NCBI RefSeq assembly: GCF_902713615.1
Contig: NW_024055482.1
Location: forward strand, 62,001 to 126,000
Length of the DNA: 64,000 nt
Direction of reading: 5' to 3'
Origin: Scyliorhinus canicula
Taxonomy: Eukaryota
A program made the translations under genes and the position numbers. The notes under the pieces were generated by a model. It ran no database searches. It was not told the DNA's origin and saw nothing but the letters and a program-made list of their open reading frames with translations. Shown one piece after another: positions 21,590-35,864 of the stretch. Numbering within the stretch: the first letter of the stretch is position 1; every line of letters begins with the position of its first letter.

Positions 21590-23975
21590 GGTAGTGAGAA
21601 TACAATGGGTTGAATAATGAACCTCTCCCGCTCTTTGTTGGGGATATATGGATGCATTGGGTCAAATATTGTCTCTCCTCTTCTGTTTGTTGGGGGAAGT
21701 GGGTTAGAGTGCATTAAATAATGCAGGTGTCTTTGTTGGTGGGGGCCTTCCCCACCGCCCCTTCACCTCTCTACGTTAGGGAAATAAGCGGGACAGTGAA
21801 TTAACTAATGCTCCTCCCCCTCTCAATGTTGGGGAAGTGGGGGCACAAAGTATTAACTAATGTCCCTCCCCTCTCTTTGATGGGCTAGTGGGGGAACAGT
21901 GCATTAACTAATGCCCCTGCCTCTTGCTTGGGCATGTGAGGGGCACAGTGGGTTGACTAATGCCCCTCCCCCCCTCTTCGTTGGGAAAGTGGGGCTACAG
22001 TGGATTAACAACAGGGGATGTTCACAGTAATTCATTGCAATTTTAATGTAAACCTACTTGTGACACTAATAAAGATTATTATTATTAATAGCCCTAAACC
22101 ACTCGTTGTTGGGGAGGTTAGGGGACAGTGGCTGCACCAGTTCCCTCCTCTTTCTTTGTTGGGCAGTGGGGGTAGAGTGGATTAACTAATACCCCCGCTC
22201 TTTGCTGGGCAGTTGGGGTAGCGTGGATTAATTAACATTCCCGCTCTTTGCTGGGCAGTTGGGGTAGAGTGGATTAACTAATCCCCCCCCCCCCGCTCTT
22301 TGCTGGCCGGTGGGGGAAGAATGGATTAACTAATACCCCCACTCTTTGTTGGGCAGTGGGGATAAAGTGGATTGAGTAATACACACCCCACTCTCTTTTG
22401 GGCAATGGGGTAGAGTGGATTAACCAATACCCCCACTCTGTGTTGGGGAAGTCGGGGTACAATGGATTGACTAATTCCCCTCTCCCACTCTGTGTTGGGG
22501 AAGTGGGGGTACAATGGATTGACTAATTCCCGTCTCCCACTCTGTGTTGGGGAAGTGGGGGTACAATGGATTGACTAATCCCCCTCTCCCACTCTGTGTT
22601 GGGGAAGTGGGGGTAAAATAGATTGATTAATTCCCCTCTCCCGCTCTGTGTTGGGGAAGTGGGGGTACAATGGATTGACTAATCCCCCTCTCCCACTCTG
22701 TGTTGGGGAAGTGGGGGTACAATAGATTGATTAATTTCCCTCTCCCGCTCTGTGTTGGGGAAGTGGGGGTACAATTGATTGACTAATTCCCCTCTCCCAC
22801 TCTGTGTTGGGGAAGTGGGGGTATAATGGATTGACTAACTCCCCTCTCCCACTCTGTGTTGGGGAAGTGGGGGTTCAATGGATTGACTAATTCCCCTCTC
22901 CAACTCTGTGTTGGGGAAGTGGGGGTACAATGGATTGACTAATTCCCATCTCCAACTCTGTGTTGGGGAAGTGGTGGTACAATGGATTGACTAATTCCCC
23001 TCTCCCACTCTGTGTTGGGGAAGTGGGGGTACAATGGATTGACCAATTTCCCTCTCCCACTCTGTGTTGGAGAAGTGGCGGTACAATGGATTGACTAATT
23101 CCTCTCTTCCACTCTCTGTTGGGGAAGTGGGGGTACAATGGATTGACTAATTCCCCTCTCCCACTCTGTGTTGGGGAAGTGGGGGTACAATGGATTGACT
23201 AATTCCCCTCTCCCACTCTGTGTTGGGGAAGTGGGGGTACAATGGATTGACCAATTCCCCTCTCCCACTCTGTGTTGGGGAAGTGGGGGTACAATGGATT
23301 GACTAATTCCTCTCTCCCACTCTCTGTTGGGGAAGTGGGGGTACAATGGATTGCCTAATTCCCCTCTCCCACTCTGTGTTGGGGAAGTGGGGGTACAATG
23401 GATTGACTAATTCCTCTCTCCCACTCAGTGTTGGGGAATAGGGGGTATAGTGGATTGACCAATTCCCCTCTCCCGCTCTGTGTTGGGGAAGTGGGGGTAC
23501 AATGGATTGACTAATTCCTCTCTCCCACTCTCTGTTGGGGAAGTGGGGGTACAATGGATTGACTAATTCCCCTCTCCAACTCTGTGTTGGGGAAGTGGTG
23601 GTACAATGGATTGACTAATTTCCCTCTCCAACTCTGTGTTGGGGAAGCGGGGGTATTGTGGATTGACTAATTCACCTCTCCCACTCTGTGTTGGGGAACT
23701 GGGGGTACAGTGGATTGACTAATGCCCGTGTCCCACTCTGTGTTGGAAGTGGAAGTACAGTGGATTGTCTAATGCTGCCCCCTTTCTTTGTTGAGAATAC
23801 GGGGGCACAGTGGATTAACCAATGCCTCTGTCCCTCTCTTTGTTTGTGAAGTGGTGTGATAATGGATTGACTCAGCCCCTTCACTGCTCATTGTTGGGAA
23901 GTGAAGGTACAGTGGATTAGATACAGTCGCCCCGCGCTTTGTTGTGAAGTGGGGTTCAGTAGATTAGCAATGTAC
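21590..23975 (+). repeat. 52-bp minisatellite; homogeneous core about 22420-23720 (about 25 copies) with degenerate flanks
   Basis: Unit CTAATTCCCCTCTCCCACTCTGTGTTGGGGAAGTGGGGGTACAATGGATTGA. Confidence 0.95.
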
Positions 23976-25894
23976 CTTTCTCGTCCCTTGGAATAGTTGG
24001 CCCATGTTTCTGTGTGACCCGCAATTCTGTTTGCAGAGGGTGTGAGGCAGCAACTTAAAGTTGACATCACCTTTCAATTAATGAACAATGGGAAAAGCAG
24101 GTACACCGAGATGTAAATGTGATGCGTTTGTTTATCTGAAATGGGAAATTGCCCTACTTATCCACAGCGGAAGGAAAGCTGATTTATTTATTTTGCGGAA
24201 GGCTATAATGAATGAGATTTACTCAGTTTCTAGTGCAGGTATAATAGAGCTGCGCGCATTGCTTCTGGAAAACTTTTGAGTCCTGTAAAGATCCGATCTT
24301 TACCAAACAGATCTGGCATTAGAAAAAATGGAAACAGTATTTGAGCGGTTGTGTATTTAAATCACAAGGAGAAGTAAAAACATTTATTATTTCTTGCAGT
24401 TCGAAATGATAGTGATAGATTCTCATTGACATGGCCACCTTCTGCTCCTAATTCTTATGGTTTTATGGCAGCTGGGGGACTTTCAATTGAATGAATTAAT
24501 TAATCAGAAATAAAAATCGTCATGTCATTCATAAAACTCATGAAGTTATCGAAATTTCGCAAAGCTCAGCAGGTTCACCAACATCCTTCAGGACAAGAAA
24601 TCGTCCCTCCTTACTCTGTTTTGCCTATATGTGACTAATTCAACAGTGATGTGGTTGACGCTTAACTATCTCTGATATTGCCGAGCAAGCAAGTCAGTCG
24701 AACAGAAGCTGCTACATAAAGTCAAATGTGAATTAAACATTCCATAGTTCACTTTATCTAAAAGGTGGTTCACATCCGGCTTCTCAGGATGGACAGTTAA
24801 TGATGACTTTGGCAGTGAGGGTCACTGGCCGAGAATGAATAAAAAACTGTGCAAAGTGCTGCAGATTCCAGAAATCTGAAACAAAACAAAAAGGCTGCTC
24901 AGCATATCAATGAGTTTTAAGGACGTTGGGATGACCTGAGGTCTGGTAAAGCGTTTTACAAAAGCAATCGCTTTCCAAATGTTTATATTTTAATATTGAA
25001 GTTGTAATATTTCGAAAGATCTGAGGTTACTGTGACTATAGGTCACCCCTCTGCCTGATGTTTTAATTTATCTACTTTAAATCGGTTAATATTTCAATCA
25101 AATTAATATTCAGTGGAATAACAGCCTGGTTAAAGATGCTTTATTAATTGTGGAACCAGAACTTTCAGAATGAATGCTTAGTTTACACATATTTTTTATT
25201 TCAATTAAGTAACATATGTTCTAATGGAAGTTTCCATACATTTTAACCAACTATCAATATTCTTCAAATAAACCGCTATTTTGTGTTGAAACTAATCAAT
25301 ACGTGAATGTATTTATCTCGTTTTACTGACATGAATATTCATTGTGACCAGTGAGGTGTTTATGTAAATAAACACAGAAATAGAAGTCCCAGATTAGATT
25401 GTGGACTGAGAAAAGCACATCATCTATTCACCCGCCGACAAAGCACAGAAATAGAGATAAAGATGCAAATAGATCAACGGATTTGTAATTGTTTTTGAAC
25501 ATTTGTCTCTTCATCAGTTATATGAGAAAATGCCATGATGATATACATGTTCAGAATTAGAAAAGATTCCCTCTGATCTCGAAATATAATGACATGCAAA
25601 ATGTGTTCGTAGAGTTTTCCTGTATCTGATATCTGTGTCTTTCTCCTAACTGGTTCTGTCTCATGTCTCTCCACAATGGGCCATTGTCTTTAATCGACAA
25701 CATGAAGCCAACTTATTCCCAATATATTCTCTCAGCCCGAGCTCATCCCGTTGGCTTCCAACTAAATGTATCGAATGCAATGAATTGGAATACAGAGAGG
25801 GTGTTTTACTCTAAAATATCGTTGGAGCATTTAATTACCTTGTAGTGTTTAATGAGAACTGGAGAGAATGAATTACTCTGTATCTAACCTGAGC

Positions 25895-26670
25895 TGCACA
25901 GAGGTTATCCATTTTGGTAGGAATAACAGCAAAAGGGAATATTATTTAAATAATAAAATATTAAAACGTGCTGCCGTGCAGAGAGACCTGGGTGTGCTGG
26001 TGCATGAGTCGCAAAAAGTTAGTTTTCAGGTGCAACCGGTGATTCAGAAGGCGAATGGAATTTGTCCTTCATTGCGAGTGGGATGGAGCCCAAGACTACG
26101 GAGGTTATGCTGCAATTGTATAAGGTGTTAGTGAGGCCACACCTGGAGTATTGTGTTCATTTTTGGTTTACTTACCCGAGAAAGGCTGTACTAGCGCTGG
26201 AGGGTGTGCAGAGGAGATTCACGAGGTGAATCCCAGAGATGAAGGGATTGGATTACGAGGAGATGTTGAGTAGACTGGGACTGTACTCGTTGGAATTTAG
26301 TAGGATGGGGTGGGGGGGGTATCTTATAGATACTTATAAAATTATGAAAGGAATAGATAGGATAGATGTATGCAGGTTGTTTCCACTGGCGGGTGAAAGC
26401 AGAACTAGGCGGCATAGCCTCAAAATAAGGGGAAGTAGACTGAGGAGTGAGTGTAGGAGGAACTTCTTCAGCGAAAGGGTTGTGAATCTATGGAATTCCT
26501 TGCCCAGCGAAGCAGAAGATAGTTTTTTGAAGAAAAAAAGAATTCAGGGTTATGGTGTTTGGGCCGGAAAGTGGAGCTGAGTCCACAAAAGATCAGGCAT
26601 GATCTCATTGAATGGTGGAGCAGGTTCGAGGGGCCATATGGCCTCCTCCTCCTCCTAGTTCTTATGTTCA
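25895..26670 (+). mobile_element. CR1 LINE 3' fragment
   Basis: EVIHFGRNN...AAVQRDLGVLVH and KGLDYEE...LYSLEF peptides; 3' tail at about 26650. Confidence 0.88.
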
Positions 26671-27034
26671 TATGTTGCAGTGCCGAAGGATCTTTCCCTA
26701 TTTCTAACCAGGCTGACGGAAATAGATAGTTTCTTGATTAATAAGGGGCTCAGGAGTTCTGGTGAGAAGGTAGGTTTTTAGTAACATAACAGTCATCATT
26801 TAATGCGGAGTACACTCGATTGGCCGAATGGTCGAATTCTGCTCCTGTGTCTTATGATTTTGTGGTAGGAAGACGATCTATGGTCGATCGTAGATTAGAT
26901 AGCTGCTTGATTGCCATCGCAGATGTGGTGGGTGAAGGGCATCTTTCATTATGGTAAACCTCTAACTCTCCATGTCTCTATAACAAAGCCTAAAACGATT
27001 ATCACTCATACCGGGTGGAGACTAAACTAAACTA

Positions 27035-27292
27035 ATCTAATAATCTTTTTTGCCACAAGTAAGCTTACATTAGCATTGCAAGAAGTTACTGTGAAAGCTC
27101 ATAGTCGCCACATTCCGGCGCCTGTTCGGTTACACCGAGGCAGAATTCAGAATGTCCAAATTACCGAAGAGCACATCTTTCGGGACTTGTGGGAGGAAAC
27201 CAGAGCAGCCGATGGAAACCCACGCAGACACAGGGAGAACGTGCCGACTCCGCACAGACTGGACTCTGGCGCTCTGAAGCAACAGTGCAACT
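27035..27292 (-). mobile_element. HE1-related SINE
   Basis: V-domain-like core on the - strand. Confidence 0.7.
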
Positions 27293-28544
27293 GAGATTGG
27301 ACCTAGTGCAGTGATTACTGATACAGGGTCTAGACTAACATAAACCGAGACAGGTTCCAGTGCAACCAATTACTGATACAAAGTTTGATTACTCTTAAAT
27401 GATATTGGATATAGATTATTGATTCAGTGTCCAGAATATAATAAACTGAGGTAGGGTCTATTGCAAGCATTCCTGCTGCAGGGTCTGGATTAATATATGT
27501 CTAAAGAGTTATTAGGTTGGATGATTAAAAACTTGGTTTTTACTTTAATAGAAATAAATACAGGGTCTCATTCAACATGAGAATAAACAGATTTGATGTA
27601 ATACAGTGCACAGAAAATAGAGCTGGAGTGGACCATTCTGCCCCTCGAGCCTGCTCCGCAATTCATTCTGATCATGGCTGATCATCCACCTCAGTAACCT
27701 GTTCCCACTTTCTCTCTTTTCATTTGATCCCTTTAGAGCATTGATCGCGAAGAGCTTTATCTAACTCCTTGAAAACATACCATACTTTGGACTCAACTTC
27801 GTTCTGTGGTAGAGAATTCCACAGTTTGACAACTCCCAGGGTGAAGATATTGCTCCTCATCTCAGTCCAAAATGGTTTACCCCTGTGGCACCTGGTTGTA
27901 TCTTCCAGTGGATGAAGTTTCTTCCTAATTAATCAAACAAAACCATTCGATTTTGACCATTTTTACCAGGCCTTCCCATAACATGCTCAGTTATAAGGAA
28001 AACAATCCCAGCTTCTAACCGCTCTGACCGTGCAACTGCTGCAGTGGGAAGATCAAGTTGCACACATGTTTCTACCTTGCTTGCATTTAGATGCTATTTT
28101 TGGAATACCTGATATTTTATACGGATGCAGTGGAATTCCCATTCACCATTACCATTGTGTACGAATATGACCAAGACTAATAAAAGACCAGCCTCTGAAA
28201 ATTAAATTAACCCAAGTAAGACTGGACCCAGAGTTTGAACTTTAGATACACTGAGCATTATGCCAGAATATCAAAATGCAAACCACGATAGGTTAACAGT
28301 CTTCTCTCAATTGAATCAATATCACCTCCCACAATAGATACCTGAGCCCATGATCCAGACCTGTGATCCAATGCAGGAGGAATGTTTTATGTTCAGGTGT
28401 TCCATCTTTTAGATGTGATGATTTCAGCCTTAGAGGTAGTTTCGCAAGATTATTACAAAACTGGTAACCTGGAGGCCTGAACTAATACTCCAGACACAGG
28501 AGTATAAATTCCACCAGGGCATATTGAAATGCTGTGAACGGTTT

Positions 28545-29435
28545 TGGTCTGATTATATAAGGATAGATATCTTGGAGGCAGTCCAGAGAAGGTTCTTTAG
28601 GTAAATCCAGAGTGTGGAGGGATTTTCAAAGGTAGGTAGCATTTCACAGCACAGAAAGAGGCTCCTCGGCCCATCGTTACTCCACCTGTCAGCAAATAAA
28701 GAAAAATCCGGCCTTGAAACACAGACCTTCCGGTTAACAGCAAACATGCTGACCAATTGTACCACAGAGACTGACATGAGGAGAGGTTAAGTAGGTTAGG
28801 ACTACACGCATTGGAGTTTAGAAGAATGAGAGGCGAAGTTACTGAGATATATAGTATTCTCAGGACGCTTGACAGTGTAGATGCTAGGGTTTGTTTCCGC
28901 TTGTGGGAGAGTCTGGGACCGGAGTCCAGTTGCTAGTGGTGTACCACAAAGATCTGTTTTGGGGTCACTGCTGTTTGTCATTTTTATAAATGACCTGGAG
29001 GAGGGCGTAGAAGCATGGGTGAGTAAATGTGCAGATGACGCTGAAGTCGGTGGAGTTGTGGACAGTGCGGAAGGATGTTACAAGTTACAGAGGGACATAG
29101 ATAAGCTGCAGAGCTGGGCTGAGAGGTGGCAAATGGAGCTTAATGCAGAAAAGTGTGAGGTGATTCATTTTGGAAGAAATAACAGGAAGACAGAGTACTG
29201 GGCTAATGGTAAGATTCTTGGTAGTGTGGATGAGCAGAGAGATCTCGGTGTCTATGTACATAGATCTCTGAACGTTGCCACCCAGTTTGAGAGGGTGGTT
29301 AAGAAGACTTTCAGTGTGTTAGCTTTTCATATGGATGATAAAGGAATGGTGTAGATGGGCTTTAGAGTGGTTTCACAGTTCGGCGCAAGATCGAGGGCCG
29401 AAGGACCTGTACTGCGCTGTAATGTTGTATGTTCT
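28545..29435 (+). mobile_element. CR1 fragments; 28900-29435 carries a large internal deletion
   Basis: GVPQRSVLGSLLF and CADD; KKTFSVLAF is joined directly to the terminal HMDDKGMV; HE1-type tail. Confidence 0.8.
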
Positions 29436-30065
29436 GTCATTGAGGAGGGGAATTTTATTCAGGCTCCTGCTCCTGCTATCCGTTTAATAGTTCATTCCTG
29501 TTCAGGACTGGATGTGGGTGAACTGCAAAGGTAGACTCTATCCATTGAAAATAGGATCACAGTGATTGTGTGATATCAACATTGACATGTACTGTTGCAG
29601 TATTAATTGAAACAGAGTGTTGTGTAATGTAAACAGAGACAGAGTTTAGTCTAACAAAAATACAGATGGAGTCCAATTTCAAAATTAACAGAGACAGGAT
29701 TCACTGCAGTAATTATTGATGCAATGTACGCTTCATGTAATGTGAAGCATCTCGATTTAAAGTCCATCTTCTGGCCAAATTGTGCAATTGCAGTGTCTGT
29801 GAAAATGTCGTTGTCAGGTATGATCCATGATGTTGATGGGTCAATAATTCATTTCCACAAATATAATATCACATCGCCTTTTGCAAAGCTGCTAAAATGT
29901 AAGGTTTAACTCAGTGTAGGTGTCGGTGGCTAATTCCCGCGCACTGAGGTCAGCACCTGAGGAAAGCGGCTCAATCCCTGGTCACGCGTTTTTGTTCATC
30001 TTTGCTAAATGGAGGAATGTTTGCCTGGGCCATGGATGGAGTCCATAGGAAATTTAACATTCACC

Positions 30066-33000
30066 TTTTTTTAAAAAAATAATTTTTATTGAAAAATTTT
30101 GAATTTATACAACAACAACGAACCATAATAAAATACCAAAAATAGCAATTATATTAGCAATCACAAACATTCGCCCCACCTCCATGAACAACACAGCATA
30201 TTAACAACAACGCAAATTGACACAATATTAAGTTACATAATAGAAACTACAATAAGGAACCCCCCCCCCAGGTTTGCTGCTATTGACCAAGGTACCTATC
30301 TTTGAGCCAGGAAGTCCAGAAAAGGCTGCCATCGTTTATAGAAACCTTGTACTGATCCTCTCAGGGCAAATTTGACCCTTTCCAACTTTATAAACCCCGC
30401 ATTTCATTGACCCAGGTCTCCACACTTGGGGGCCTCGCGTCCTTCCACTGCAGCAAGATCCTCCGCCGAGCTACTAGGGATGTAAAGACCAGGACACCGG
30501 CCACTTTCGCCTCCTGCAATCCCAGCTCCACCGCAACTCCGAAAATCGCGAGTCCCCACCCTGGTTTGACCCTGAATCCAACCACCCTCGACACCATCCC
30601 CGCCACCCCCTTCCAGAATTCTTCCAGTGCTGGGCATGCCCAGAACATATGGGCATGATTTGCTGGACTCCCCGAACACCTGGTGCACCTGTCCTCATCC
30701 CGAAAGAACCTACTCATCCTAGTCCCGGACATGTGGGCCCAGTGCAGCTTAAATTGGATGAGACTTATCCTCGCACATGAAGAGGAAGAGTTGACTCTCT
30801 CCAAGGCATCCGCCCAAGTCCCGTCCTCTATCTGCTCCCCAAGTTCCCTCTCCCATTTAGCCTTCAGCTACTCCACTGACGACTCCTCCACCTCCTGCAT
30901 TACCTTATAGATGTCAGACACCTTCCCCTCTCCCACCCACACCCCCAAAAGCACTCTGTCCATCGTCCCCCACGAGGGCAGCAAAGGGAATCCATCCACC
31001 TGTCGCCTAGCAAACGCCTTTACCTGCAAGTATCTGAACATGTTCCCTTGGGGAAGCCCAAATTTATCTTCCAGTTCCCCCAGGCCCGCAAACCTCCCGC
31101 CAATAAACAGGTCCCTCAATTTACTGATGCCCACCCTTTGCCACCCCTTAAATCCCCCATCCGTAATCCCCGGGATGAACCGATGATTGCCACCCAATGG
31201 AGCCTCCATCGAGCCCACTGTTTCCCCCCTATGCCGTCTCCACTGTCCCCAGATTCTTAGGGTCGCCGCCACCACCGGGCTCGTGGTAAACCTCTTCGGG
31301 GAGAGCGGCAATGGAGCCGTTACCATGGCACCCAGGCCCGTACCTCTACATGACGCCATTTCCATTCTTTTCCACGCCGCCCCTCCCCCCTCCATCACCC
31401 ATTTACGCACCATTGACACATTGGCCATCCAATAGTACCCCAAAAGGTTGGGCAGCGCCAGCCCGGCTCTATCCCTCCCTCGCTGCATTAAAACCCTCTT
31501 CACTCTCGGAGTCCCATGTGCCCACACAAAGCTCAAGATACTGCTAGTCACTCTCCTAAAGAAGGCCCTGGGATAAAGATGGGCAGGCACTGAAAGAGGA
31601 ACAAGAACCTCGGAAGCGCCGTCATTTTGACGGACTGCACCCTCCCCGCCAATGACAATGGCAGCATGCCCCACCTCCTGAACTCCTCCTCCATCTGATC
31701 TACAAGTCTGGTGAAATTATGTTTGTGAAGAGCCCCCCAGTCCCTGGCCACCTGCACCCCCAGGTACCTAAAGCTCTCCCCTGCCCGCCTAAGCGGGAGC
31801 CTACCAATTCCTTCCTCCTGGTCTCCAGGGTGCACCACAAGCACCTCACTCTTGCCTAAATTTAGTTTATAACCTGAAAAGGTCCCAAACTCAGCTAGCA
31901 GCTCCATCACCCCCGGCATCCCTCCCTCCGGGTCCGCCATATATAGTAACAGGTCATCGGCATACAACGACACCCTATTTTCCTCTCCACCTCACACCAA
32001 GCCTCTCCACCTCTCTGAATCCCTCAACGCCATCGCCAGCGGCTCGATTGCCAATGCAAACAACAAGGGGGACAGGGGGCAACCCTGCCTGGTCCCTCGG
32101 TAAAGCCGGAAGTACTCCGACCTCCTCCCATTCGTGGCCACGCATGCCATCGGGGCCTCATATAGTAGCCTCAGCAATCTAATAAACCCTTCACCAAATC
32201 CAAATCTCCCCAACACCTCCCATAAGTACCCCCACTCCACTCTATCGAAGGCCTTCTCCGCATCCAGCGCCACCACTATCTCTGCCTCCCCCTCAATCGC
32301 CGGCATCATGATGACATTCAACAATCTCCACACATTCGTGTTCAGCTGCCTTCACAAACCCTGTCTGGTCCTCGTGTACAACCCCTGGCACACAGTCCTC
32401 TATCCTGGTGGCCAGGATTTTTGCCAGCACCTTGGCATCCACATTGAGGAGAGATATGGGCCTGTATGAACCACACTGCTGGGGGTCCTTGTCCCTCTTT
32501 AAATTTAACGAGATCAGCGCCCACGACATCGTCGGGGCCAAAGTCCCCCCTTCCCACGCTTCATTAAGTGTCCGCACCAGCAAGGGGCCCACTAGGTCCA
32601 CAAACTTTTTATAAAATTCCACCGGGAACCCTTCCGGCCCTGGTGCCTTCCCTGACTGCATCTGCCAGATCCCCTTAACTAGCTTCTCCAGCTCAATCGG
32701 CGCACCCAACCCCTCCACCTGCTCCTCCTGCACCTTCGGGAAAGAAAGCCCGTCGAGGAACCTCTCCATTCCCCTCCTCTCCCCCGTTGGCTCCGACCGG
32801 TACAGTTCTCCGTAAAAGTCCTTGAAGACCTCATTCACCTCTACCCCCTTCCGCACCACATTCCCACTCTTGTCTCTCACTCCAGCAATTTCCTTAGCCG
32901 CATCCCGCTTGCGGAGCTGATGAGCCAGCATCCTACTCGCCTTTTCACCATGTTCGTAAACTGCCCCTTGTGCCTTCCTCCACTGTGCCTCCGCATTTCT

Positions 33001-35552
33001 AGTGGTCAGCAAATCAAATTTAGCCTGCAGGCTGCACCTCTCCCCCAACAGTCCCTCCTCTGGTGCCTCTGCATACCTCCTGTCTACCTCCAGCATCTTT
33101 CCCACCAGTCTATCCCTCTCACTCCTCTCGCTCCTCTCCCTGTGTGCCCGGATGGATATCAGCTCCCCACGAATCACTGCCTTCAGGGCTTCCCAGACCA
33201 TCCCCACCTGAACCTCCACCGTATCATTCACCTCGAGGTACCCCTCAATACTTGCCCGGACCCTCCTACACACCTCCTCCTCCGCCAACAACGCCACATC
33301 CAACCGCCACAACGGACGTTGGTCTCGCACCTCTCCCATCTCCAACTCTATCCAATGCGGAGCGTGGTCGGAGATTGCAATGGCCGAATACTCAGCCTCC
33401 TCCACTCTCGGAATCAGTCCCCTACTCACCAGGAAGAAGTCTATCCGAGAGTAGACCCTATGTACGTGGGAGAAGAAAGAGTACTCGCGTGCCCTCGGCC
33501 TCACAAACCTCCATGGATCCACCCCACACATCTGGTCCATAAACCCTCTCAGTACCTTGGCCACTCCGGCCTCCTACCCGTCCAAGAGCTGGACCGATCC
33601 AGTGAAGGATCCAACACCGTACTGAAGTCCCCCCCCATGATCAGACCTCCCACCTCCAGGTCCGGGACCCGTCCCAACATACGCCTCATAAAGCCCGCAT
33701 CGTCCCAATTTGGGGCATACACACTAGCCAGTACCTTGTCTCCTTGTAGCCTGCCCCTAACCATAACATACCTACCCCCCTTATCCGCCACCACCTCCGG
33801 TGCCTCAAACGACACATTTTTCCCCACCAGAATCGCCACTCCCCGGTTCTTCACATCCAACCCAGAGTGGAAAACCTGCCCCACCCATCCCTTCCTCAGG
33901 CGGACCTGGTCCGCCACCTTCAGGTGGGTCTCCTGAAGCATTGCCACATCTGCCTTTAGCCCCTTCAGATGAGCAAGTACCCTCGACCGCTTCACCGGCC
34001 CATTCAACCCTCTCACATTCCAGGTGACCAACCGGATCAGAGGGCGTCCCGCCCCCCCCCATCTCCCCCATCGACTAGCCATAGCCCGTCGACTGCCCGC
34101 CCCAGGCCAGCACCCCCTACCCGACCCAGTCCCCACAGCGACAACACCTCACCTCTGTCCCCCCAGCCCCCACCCCCCACAAGCTCCTTCCTGACCCTAC
34201 CAGCAGCAACCCGGTATTCCCCTTTCCCCCCACTACCCCCCAGGCTAAGAACGCACCCAGCCACGAACCGTCCTCCATTGTACATCCGTGGGTCAGCTAA
34301 CTTCTGCTGACCCCGGAAACTCCCGCCAATAACCCAACCCCTCCCAAAGTGGGATCATCCCCCAATCTATCCCTCCTCCAGGCACCGCGGGGAAGAACCA
34401 GTTAAGGCCCCGCCTCCCCCCGTCATCATCTCCGCCCCCCAGCCCCGCTGTGCGGGAAACCAGAGGAAAGCCCGCGCTTTTGCACTGCTCCACCACACCC
34501 TTCTGACACAGCTCCCAAATATCAGCCCCACTCCATACCCCCAACCCGACATAGAATACAACAAACACTCCCAACCCTCCCCGCAAGATACAAAACTCAA
34601 ACAATGCCCCACAGCAAAAAAAAACATAACAGAACAACACCCCCATAAATTACCATATCAAAATTACAAAAGTACAAAAAAACAAAAAAGAAAGAACACA
34701 GCAACAGCAGAAACCAGCAATAAAGTATTACAACCGACCCCGCAACCCCCAACCCATTGTTCAAGTCCAGTTTCTCCGTCCGCACGAAGGCCCACGCCTC
34801 CTCCGGGGAATCGAAATAATAACGCCGGTCCGAATAAGTTACCCACAGGCGCACGGGCTGCAACATTCCGAACTTTATCTTTTTCCTGTAAAGCACCTCT
34901 TTCGTCCGATTGAATCCAGACCGCCGCTTAGCCACCTCCGCACTCCAATCCTGGTAGATCCGTACCACCCCATTCTCCCAATTGCTGCTCTTCACCTTCT
35001 TGGCCCAGCGCAGCACACACTCCCGATCACTGAACCGGTGGAACCTCACCAGCACCGCACGCGGGGGTTCATCCTCCTTAGGCCTCCTGGCCAGTACCCT
35101 GTGTGCTTCCTCCAGCTCCAAGGGCAGATAGAAAGACCCGGCCCCCACTAGCGAGTTCAGCATTGTAGCCACGTAGGTTGTCAGGTCCGACCCCTCCAGC
35201 CCCTCCGCAAGGCCCAAGATCCGCAGGTTTTTCCGCCTCATGCGGTGATCAAGGTCCTCGAAGCGTTCCTGCCACTTCTTGTGGAGTGCCTCGTGCCCCT
35301 CCACCTTACTCACGAGCACCACGGCCTCCTCTTCTCGTTCAGTGGCCTGCGTCTGCAACTCCTTGATGGCAGCACCCTGGGTCATCTGAATCTCCGACAG
35401 CCTTCTGTTCGTTTCCTGCAGAGAGCTCAGTACCTCAGCCTTGAAGTCTGTAAAGCAGAGCAGGAGAGCAGCTTGTTGCTCCTGGGCCCACTGCTTCCAC
35501 TCCTCTGGAGCTCCGCCAGCCACCATCTTGGATTCCTTCCCCCGTTTTTTCT
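30066..35552 (-). mobile_element. Near full-length L1-clade LINE; ORF1 5'-truncated, ORF2 frameshifted
   Basis: ORF1 34597-35526 (RRKNLRILGL; L1 RRM/CTD-like). ORF2 from ATG 34082 to stop 30296 is split across at least six ORFs: APE (TWNVRG, QETH, GGDF, SDHAP), RT (RQGCPLSP, YADD) and Cys motif. AATAAA and poly-A at about 30066-30090. Confidence 0.95.
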
Positions 35553-35864
35553 GGTAGCATGGTGGTTAGCATCAATGCTTCACAGCTCCAGGGTCCCAGG
35601 TTCGATTCCCGGCTGGGTCACTGTCTGTGTGGAGTCTGCACGTCCTCCCCGTGTGTGCGTGGGTTTCCTCCAGGTGCTCCGGTTTCCTCCCACAGCCCAA
35701 AGATGTGCGGGTTAGGTGGATTGGCTATGCTAAATTGCCCGTAGTGTAAGGTTAATGGGGGGATTGTTGGGTTATGGGTATACGGGTTACGTGGGTTTAA
35801 GTAGGGTGATCATTGCTCGGCACAACATCGAGGGCCGAATGGCCTGTTCTGTGCTGTTCTATGT
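35553..35864 (+). mobile_element. Young HE1 SINE between two different L1 ORF1 sequences
   Basis: Near identity to 46137-46460; no TSD recognisable. Confidence 0.9.

Noticed and set aside
33063-34310. Long + strand Pro-rich ORFs overlapping the L1
   Set aside because: Antisense shadows of the GC-rich L1 ORF2.
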